Positions 6,674 to 11,700 of a DNA stretch of 11,700 bases are shown here, piece by piece. Below the pieces are notes generated by a model, which had not been told where the DNA came from, made no database searches, and saw only the letters and a program-made list of their open reading frames with translations. Numbering within the stretch: the stretch's first letter is position 1; every line of letters begins with the position of its first letter. Origin of the DNA: Murimonas intestini (lineage in GTDB: Bacteria > Bacillota > Clostridia > Lachnospirales > Lachnospiraceae); assembly GCF_024622195.1 (NCBI RefSeq), contig NZ_JANKBI010000031.1, forward strand, positions 1 to 11,700, given 5' to 3'. Both the position numbers and the translations under genes were made by a program.

Positions 6674-8332
6674 ATGGAAGGGATATCTATCGGAATCATT
6701 ATTGCAGCAGTAATAGCGGTACTGATCATCATTTTGCTGGCCGCGGGCTATGTTAAAGCGCCGCCTAATAAAGCTTACATCATATCAGGTATGCGTAAGA
6801 GACCTAAGATCCTTATAGGCAGGGCAGGTTTCAGGATACCGTTTCTGGAGAGGATGAATGTACTTTACCTGAATCAGATAACTATCGATATTAAAACGGA
6901 CAATTATATACCTACTCTTGATTATATCAATGTGCAGGTGGATGCAGTTGCAAAGGTAAGGATCAACTCTGACAGTGAAGAGATGATGCTTCTCGCTATG
7001 AAAAACTTTTTGGATAAGAAGCCTTCGGAGATCGTTACAGACCTGCAGGATTCTCTTCAGGGAAATATGAGGGAAATTATCGGAACTCTGGACCTTAAGA
7101 CAATCTGCAACAACAGGGATGAATTCAGTAATCAGGTACAGGAAAAGGCTTCCGTAGACATGATGAAGCTGGGCATTGAGATTATATCCTGCAATATCCA
7201 GAATGTAGAGGACGAGCATGGCCTTATCCAGGATATGGGTATGGATAATACTTCAAAGATTAAAAAGGATGCGGCGATCGCAAAAGCAAATTCCGAAAAA
7301 GAAATCGCAATTGCCCAGGCTGAGGCTGACAAATTATCGAATGACGCCAGGGTAATCTCACAGACAGAGATAGCAAAGCGGAATAATGAGCTGGCTATCC
7401 GACAGTCAGAGCTTAAAAAAGAGGCTGACACAGTTAAGGCTGAAGCTGATATGGTCTATCAGATCAGAACAGAGGACCAGCGTAAGACTCTGGAGATTAC
7501 AAGAACAAATGCTGACATCGCAAAGCAGGAGCGGGAGATAGAGCTCAAGCAGAAGGAAGCATCGGTACGTGAACAGCAGCTGAATGCTGAGGTAAAAAAG
7601 AAAGCGGACGCCATGCGTTATGAACAGGAGCAGAAGGCTCAGGCAGAGCTGTTCAAGCGTCAGAAGGATGCTGAGGCCGCCCGTTATGAGCAGGAGCAGG
7701 AGGCAGAGGCCCAGAAGGCACGCGCCGAAGCCATGAAATTTGAAAAGGAACAGACTGCGGAAGGAATCAGGCTGGTGGGACAGGCAGAGGCTCAGGCAAT
7801 TGAAGCAAAAGGAAAAGCTGAAGCCGAAGCCATGGAAAAGAAGGCCGAAGCCTACAGTAAATATAATAAAGCCGCAATGGCTGAAATGCTCATCAATATC
7901 CTTCCTGAAATGGCCGGAAGGATTGCAGAGCCTCTCGCACAGATTGACAAGATCGTCCTGATCGGCGGCGGGGATGACGGAAGCGGTGTGAGCCAGATTG
8001 CCGGAAATGTGCCGGCTGTACTTACAAAGGTCATGGAAGCCATGAAGGAGACAACGGGTGTGGATCTTGCAGAAATCATGCGGGCCGATACGTATGATGC
8101 GAAAGTAAATAAGAATATTAATTTTACAGGATTTGACGGTCTGTTTGGCAAAGAAAAGGATAAAACAGCAGAAGCCGGAAAATCCGGGGATAAAGATTCA
8201 CACAGCGGATATGCGAAAGAGGGAAAGACAGAGGCTGAGGAAAAGGCAGCGGCAGCTACAGAGGCAGTTAAAGGCATGATGAAGGATGTAGTGAAGGATG
8301 TAAGGGACGCATTCAATAAAGATAAAAAGTAG
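6674..8332 (+). CDS. floT: Flotillin-like SPFH/band-7 protein (FloT/YuaG-like) with EA-rich coiled-coil repeats
   Basis: ATG at 6674 with an AGGAGG RBS at 6661-6666. The TTG at 6632 used by the ORF track lacks an RBS. N-terminal membrane hairpin IGIIIAAVIAVLIIILLAAGY, then an SPFH core (AYIISGMRKRPKILIGRAGFRIPFLERMNVLYLNQITIDIKT...). A long Glu/Ala/Lys/Gln-rich coiled coil follows (AEAQKARAEAMKFEKEQTAEG...AEAQAIEAKGKAEAEAMEKKAEA), typical of bacterial flotillins. Confidence 0.85.
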   Translation: MEGISIGIIIAAVIAVLIIILLAAGYVKAPPNKAYIISGMRKRPKILIGRAGFRIPFLERMNVLYLNQITIDIKTDNYIPTLDYINVQVDAVAKVRINSDSEEMMLLAMKNFLDKKPSEIVTDLQDSLQGNMREIIGTLDLKTICNNRDEFSNQVQEKASVDMMKLGIEIISCNIQNVEDEHGLIQDMGMDNTSKIKKDAAIAKANSEKEIAIAQAEADKLSNDARVISQTEIAKRNNELAIRQSELKKEADTVKAEADMVYQIRTEDQRKTLEITRTNADIAKQEREIELKQKEASVREQQLNAEVKKKADAMRYEQEQKAQAELFKRQKDAEAARYEQEQEAEAQKARAEAMKFEKEQTAEGIRLVGQAEAQAIEAKGKAEAEAMEKKAEAYSKYNKAAMAEMLINILPEMAGRIAEPLAQIDKIVLIGGGDDGSGVSQIAGNVPAVLTKVMEAMKETTGVDLAEIMRADTYDAKVNKNINFTGFDGLFGKEKDKTAEAGKSGDKDSHSGYAKEGKTEAEEKAAAATEAVKGMMKDVVKDVRDAFNKDKK

Positions 8333-8364
8333 TATTTGTTTTTTGAACTATCTGTAATCATTTC

Positions 8365-8405
8365 CGAGGGTGAAAGCACTTGTTGATTTCGCCCTCTTGT
8401 CTGTC
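8365..8405 (+). terminator. Possible weak terminator or structured element downstream of the flotillin gene
   Basis: GAGGGTGAAA...TTTCGCCCTC forms a 10-bp stem (one G-T wobble) with an 11-nt loop, followed by the T-rich TTGTCTGT. There is no clean U-tract. Confidence 0.25.
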
Positions 8406-8480
8406 CATGGGCAGGGACATACGCATTTGTAAACGGCTGGCATAGTTCGTTCATTTAGAACTTATAGAGGAGTTATAAAT

Positions 8481-9389
8481 ATGAATATTTTAGTGACGGG
8501 TGGAACTGTATTTGTCAGTAAATATATAGCAAATTATTTTAAGAATAATAATGAAGTTTTTGTGTTGAATAGAAATACTAAGAAACAGCTTGATGGAGTA
8601 CATCTAATAGAAGCTGACCGTCATAATTTGGGTAATATTTTGAAAGAATACAATTTTGATGCTGTTTTGGACATTTGTGCCTATACCGGAGAAGATGTAA
8701 GTGATTTGGCAGATGCTCTTCCAGATGGGGTCAAAGACTATATACTTATTAGTTCATCAGCAGTATATCCCGAAACAAATGTACAGCCTTTTACAGAAGA
8801 ACAGGAAATAGGAAGTAACTCTATTTGGGGAAACTATGGAACAAATAAAATTGAGGCTGAGAAAATCCTGTCCTCGAGAATGCCTGCAGCATATATTTTG
8901 CGTCCGCCATATCTGTATGGACCAATGCAGAATGTTTATCGTGAGCCTTTTGTTTTTGAGTGTGCATTATCTGATAGAGTTTTTTATATTCCAAAAGATG
9001 GAACAATGAAAATGCAGTTTTTTCATGTTGAAGATTTATGCAGAGTGATTGCCAAAATCATTGAAACACATCCTGATTATCATATTATAAATGTAGGAAA
9101 TAAGAATTTAGTCAATATTAACGAATTTGTATCGTTATGTTATAAGGTGGTTGGAAAAGAATTAAAAATAGTAAATGTTTATAATCATGAAAATCAGAGA
9201 GATTATTTCAGCTTTCATGACTACGAATATTATTTAGATGTCACAAAACAAAATGAATTGATTGATAATACAAAAGACTTAGAAGATGGGTTACGAGAAT
9301 CGTTTGAGTGGTATATAAAGCATAGTGAAGAAGTTTCTAGGAAAAATTATATTGATTTTATTGAATCACATAAAGGATTGTGGCAGTGA
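8481..9389 (+). CDS. NAD-dependent epimerase/dehydratase family protein (extended SDR), AT-rich
   Basis: AGAGGAG RBS 8 nt upstream. N-terminal Rossmann motif ILVTGGTVFVS. Catalytic YxxxK present (YGTNK). Length of about 300 aa fits NDP-sugar epimerase/reductase-like SDRs. The GC content is markedly lower than neighbouring genes. Confidence 0.8.
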   Translation: MNILVTGGTVFVSKYIANYFKNNNEVFVLNRNTKKQLDGVHLIEADRHNLGNILKEYNFDAVLDICAYTGEDVSDLADALPDGVKDYILISSSAVYPETNVQPFTEEQEIGSNSIWGNYGTNKIEAEKILSSRMPAAYILRPPYLYGPMQNVYREPFVFECALSDRVFYIPKDGTMKMQFFHVEDLCRVIAKIIETHPDYHIINVGNKNLVNINEFVSLCYKVVGKELKIVNVYNHENQRDYFSFHDYEYYLDVTKQNELIDNTKDLEDGLRESFEWYIKHSEEVSRKNYIDFIESHKGLWQ

Positions 9390-9474
9390 TGCCAAAATGG
9401 TGCTGACTTTACAAAACCACCTTATACGAAATTCTTGTAAGGTATGAATTAACGGAAAAATTATGAAAAAAGGC

Positions 9475-9504
9475 TTGCAACGTACCCGGGTGTTGTGATA
9501 TACT
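9475..9504 (+). promoter_or_regulatory. Putative sigma-A promoter of rpsB-tsf (-35 TTGCAA, 18-nt spacer, extended -10 TGaTATACT)
   Basis: TTGCAA at 9475-9480, TG at 9496-9497 and TATACT at 9499-9504. This places the TSS near 9511 and gives a 5' UTR of about 104 nt. Confidence 0.5.
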
Positions 9505-9510
9505 TTCATA

Positions 9511-9614
9511 GGCAAAAATAAATCACGCATGCAGATTCTGAGGACGGTGCCGGAGACGGTCTCTGAGGGAGCGTAAAACATGCGGTAGAAATCAACCAAA
9601 AGGAGATTAGAAAC
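9511..9614 (+). promoter_or_regulatory. Structured rpsB 5' leader (candidate autoregulatory element)
   Basis: CGCATG (9527-9532) and CATGCG (9580-9585) can close a long-range helix. This helix encloses the near-palindrome GAGACGGTCTC and a duplicated CTGAGG(G)A motif. The RBS AAGGAG sits immediately downstream. Confidence 0.3.
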
Positions 9615-10376
9615 ATGAGCGTAATTTCAATGAAGCAGTTACTCGAAGCAGGTGTTCATTTCGGACATCAGACAAGAAGATGGAACCCTAAAATGGCTCC
9701 GTACATCTACACAGAAAGAAACGGCATCTACATCATCGACCTTCAGAAATCTGTAGGTATGGTAGATACAGCTTACAAGGCAGTTTCTGACATCGCAGCA
9801 GAAGGCGGCACAATCCTCTTCGTAGGAACAAAGAAACAGGCTCAGGATGCTGTTAAGTCTGAAGCAGAGCGCTGCAACATGTTCTATGTAAATGAGAGAT
9901 GGTTAGGCGGAATGCTCACAAACTTCAAGACAATCCAGAGCAGGATCAGACGTCTGAAAGACATCGAAGCTATGCAGGAAGACGGAACATTCGATGTTCT
10001 TCCTAAAAAAGAAGTAATTGAATTAAAGAAAGAATTAGATAAACTGCAGAAGAACCTGGGCGGTATCAAAGAAATGAAGAGAATCCCGGATGCAATCTTC
10101 GTAGTTGACCCGAAAAAAGAAAGAATCTGTGTACAGGAAGCACATACTCTCGGAATTCCGCTGATCGGTATCTGTGATACAAACTGTGATCCTGAAGAGT
10201 TAGATTTTGTTATCCCAGGTAATGATGATGCTATCAGAGCCGTAAAACTGATCGTTTCTAAAATGGCAGATGCTGTTATCGAAGCAAACCAGGGCGCTGA
10301 GGAAGCAGTAGAGTTCCCGGAGACAGAAGCTACTGATATGGAAGAAATCGCAGCTGAAGAGACAGCAGAGGTATAA
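9615..10376 (+). CDS. rpsB: 30S ribosomal protein S2
   Basis: Unmistakable S2 sequence ([46 protein letters not shown]...) with an acidic C-terminal tail. RBS AAGGAG lies 10 nt upstream. Confidence 0.97.
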   Translation: MSVISMKQLLEAGVHFGHQTRRWNPKMAPYIYTERNGIYIIDLQKSVGMVDTAYKAVSDIAAEGGTILFVGTKKQAQDAVKSEAERCNMFYVNERWLGGMLTNFKTIQSRIRRLKDIEAMQEDGTFDVLPKKEVIELKKELDKLQKNLGGIKEMKRIPDAIFVVDPKKERICVQEAHTLGIPLIGICDTNCDPEELDFVIPGNDDAIRAVKLIVSKMADAVIEANQGAEEAVEFPETEATDMEEIAAEETAEV

Positions 10377-10455
10377 TATCAGCAGATCAGGAAATCAATA
10401 TGTAATATGCTAAAGAGGCTGTTACATCAATATCTGATATTCGGAAACGACAGGT

Positions 10456-10482
10456 TCTGGGCCGCCTTTTAGGCGGCTCAGA
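10456..10482 (+). promoter_or_regulatory. rpsB-tsf intergenic hairpin (11-bp stem, TTTTA loop), no U-tract: candidate attenuator or processing/stability element
   Basis: TCTGGGCCGCC-TTTTA-GGCGGCTCAGA with one G-T wobble. Followed by TAGAATAGAAATC rather than a T-run. Confidence 0.4.
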
Positions 10483-10525
10483 TAGAATAGAAATCAAAAT
10501 ACCAGTATAACGGAGGAATAAAGAA

Positions 10526-11458
10526 ATGGCTATTACAGCAGCAATGGTAAAAGAGTTAAGAGAAATGACCGGCGCAGGAATGATGGACTGTAAAAAAGCA
10601 TTAGGCGCTACAGATGGTGATATGGACAAGGCTGTAGAATTCTTAAGAGAAAAAGGTCTTGCAACAGCTCAGAAAAAAGCAGGCAGAATCGCTGCAGAAG
10701 GTCTCTGCAAGGTTCTTGTATCTGATGATGATAAGAAAGCAGTTGTTGTTGAAGTTAATGCTGAGACAGACTTTGTTGCAAAGAATGAAAAATTCCAGGG
10801 CTATGTAGCACAGGTAGCTGAGCAGGCAATGGATACAGAGACAGCAGATATCGAAGCATTCAAGGCTGAAACATGGAAATTCGATAATTCCATGACAGTT
10901 CAGGAAGCTCTTGCAGCTCAGATTTCTGTAATCGGTGAAAACATGAGCATCAGAAGATTTACAAAGGTTACAGAAGAGAACGGTTTCGTTGCTTCCTATA
11001 CACATATGGGCGGTAAGATCGGTGTTCTCGTAGATGTAGAGACAGATGTAGTAAACGATGATATCAAAGAGATGGCTAAGAATGTAGCAATGCAGGCAGC
11101 AGCTCTTAAGCCTATGTATACAAACAGGGCAGAAGTAGATCAGTCTTATATTGAGCATGAAAAAGAAATCCTCACAGTTCAGGCTAAGAATGAGAAACCG
11201 GATGCAAATGATAAGATCATCAGTGGAATGGTTATGGGACGTATCAACAAAGAGCTTAAAGAAATCTGCCTCATGGACCAGATCTATGTAAAAGCAGAAG
11301 ACGGAAAGCAGTCAGTACAGGCTTATGTAGATTCCGTAGCAAAAGCAAACAATGCCAAGATAGTAATCAAAGGTTTTGTTCGTTTCGAGACTGGTGAAGG
11401 TATCGAGAAGAAGGAAGAGGATTTCGCGGCTGAAGTTGCAAAGCAGATGGGCAATTAA
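10526..11458 (+). CDS. tsf: Elongation factor Ts
   Basis: MAITAAMVKELREMTGAGMMDCKKALGATDGDMDKAVEFLREKGLATAQKKAGRIAAEG... is the canonical EF-Ts N-terminal UBA-like domain, followed by the dimerisation core. GGAGG RBS 9 nt upstream. Confidence 0.97.
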   Translation: MAITAAMVKELREMTGAGMMDCKKALGATDGDMDKAVEFLREKGLATAQKKAGRIAAEGLCKVLVSDDDKKAVVVEVNAETDFVAKNEKFQGYVAQVAEQAMDTETADIEAFKAETWKFDNSMTVQEALAAQISVIGENMSIRRFTKVTEENGFVASYTHMGGKIGVLVDVETDVVNDDIKEMAKNVAMQAAALKPMYTNRAEVDQSYIEHEKEILTVQAKNEKPDANDKIISGMVMGRINKELKEICLMDQIYVKAEDGKQSVQAYVDSVAKANNAKIVIKGFVRFETGEGIEKKEEDFAAEVAKQMGN

Positions 11459-11493
11459 GCGAAGTTTGCAATAAAATTTAATGAAAGTATTTT

Positions 11494-11560
11494 AAGGGCT
11501 CCAAAAGCCTTGTAAACACTATATTCTCTAGTGATTATAAGGTTTTTGGGGCTTTTTTTC
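11494..11560 (+). terminator. Probable tsf terminator region (CCAAAAGCCTT ... AAGGTTTTTGG-GGC-TTTTTTT)
   Basis: Complementary segments at 11501-11511 and 11539-11549 (one G-U), followed by GGC and a 7-T run at 11553-11559. The loop is unusually long, and an alternative short hairpin AAGGGCT-CCAAA-AGCCTT exists at 11494-11511. Confidence 0.3.
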
Positions 11561-11565
11561 TTGTA

Positions 11566-11583
11566 TAATAGGAAAGTTCGCCA
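11566..11583. other. Perfect hairpin GTTCGCC-AAAT-GGCGAAC between convergent genes
   Basis: 7-bp stem with a 4-nt loop and no adjacent U-tract on the + strand. It may act with the neighbouring hairpin as a bidirectional terminator. Confidence 0.35.
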
Positions 11584-11586
11584 AAT

Positions 11587-11613
11587 GGCGAACCATTGAT
11601 AAAAAAGCCCGCA
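11587..11613 (-). terminator. Rho-independent terminator for the convergent minus-strand gene
   Basis: The minus strand reads ACCCGC-ATTTT-GCGGGC followed by TTTTTTATCAA. It lies 28 nt downstream of the minus-strand stop codon at 11642-11644. Confidence 0.6.
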
Positions 11614-11641
11614 AAATGCGGGTGAAGCAAACAGACGGTGA

Positions 11642-11700
11642 TTAAAAGAGGTCAATATAAAATCCTTCTTCAAATTCATCGTCATCTAAGTCATCATCCT
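11642..11700 (-). CDS. 3' end of an unidentified minus-strand gene (C-terminus ...DDDLDDDEFEEGFYIDLF*), continues beyond the window
   Basis: The open frame runs to the window edge and ends at a TAA (complement of 11642-11644) just upstream of a clean minus-strand terminator. The product is not recognisable from 19 residues. Confidence 0.35.
   Translation of the reverse strand, partial: DDDLDDDEFEEGFYIDLF

Noticed and set aside
7852-8454. 200-aa minus-strand ORF antisense to the flotillin C-terminus
   Set aside because: It is a Ser/Ala-rich mirror of the EA-repeat coiled coil, fully embedded in a well-supported gene and without an RBS. It is a repeat-induced open frame.
10643-11158. 171-aa Cys-rich minus-strand ORF antisense to tsf
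   Set aside because: The Cys-rich appearance is eye-catching, but it lies wholly antisense to one of the most conserved genes in the window and has no RBS. It is very unlikely to be expressed.
11455-11685. 76-aa minus-strand ORF spanning the tsf-downstream intergenic region
   Set aside because: It runs through both terminator hairpins. It is in a different frame from the real convergent gene, whose stop at 11642-11644 is followed by a proper terminator.
1-11700. Search for CRISPR arrays, tRNAs, IS elements or transposase fragments
   Set aside because: No spacer-repeat periodicity and no cloverleaf-compatible segments were found. There are no inverted-repeat-bounded transposase ORFs. The only tandem repeats are the in-frame protein-coding ones at 3227-3440.

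Overview
This window reads as a chromosomal segment from a low-to-moderate GC Firmicute, possibly Clostridia or Lachnospiraceae, with every confident gene on the + strand.

(1) Positions 375-6241 hold a tightly coupled four-gene operon for a MacB/FtsX-type ABC efflux-like system with an unusual layout. A HlyD-family membrane-fusion protein (MFP1) carries a long Met/Asp/Gly-rich acidic tail. Next come a stand-alone MacB-type ATPase and a second, paralogous HlyD-family adaptor (MFP2). MFP2 has an insertion of about 370 aa, apparently at its alpha-hairpin tip, made of a Pro/Thr/Gln tandem-repeat spacer, a Cna-B-type stalk domain and a Gly-Phe motif. The fourth gene is a FtsX/MacB-type permease. 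The operon ends in a structured 3' UTR and a strong intrinsic terminator.

(2) A solitary flotillin-like SPFH protein (FloT-like) with EA-rich repeats follows at 6674-8332.

(3) An AT-rich SDR-family NAD-dependent epimerase/dehydratase gene at 8481-9389 looks compositionally foreign, at roughly 30% GC against roughly 45% in its neighbours.

(4) The conserved rpsB-tsf pair occupies 9615-11458. It has a sigma-A-like promoter, a structured roughly 100-nt leader and an intergenic hairpin. Downstream there is no pyrH/frr; instead a convergent minus-strand gene terminates at a clean intrinsic terminator.

No tRNA, rRNA, CRISPR array or transposase was seen. The most unusual element is the dual-adaptor ABC system with an adhesin-like stalk domain inserted into an efflux adaptor. 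All family assignments are based on motif reading by eye, not on database searches.
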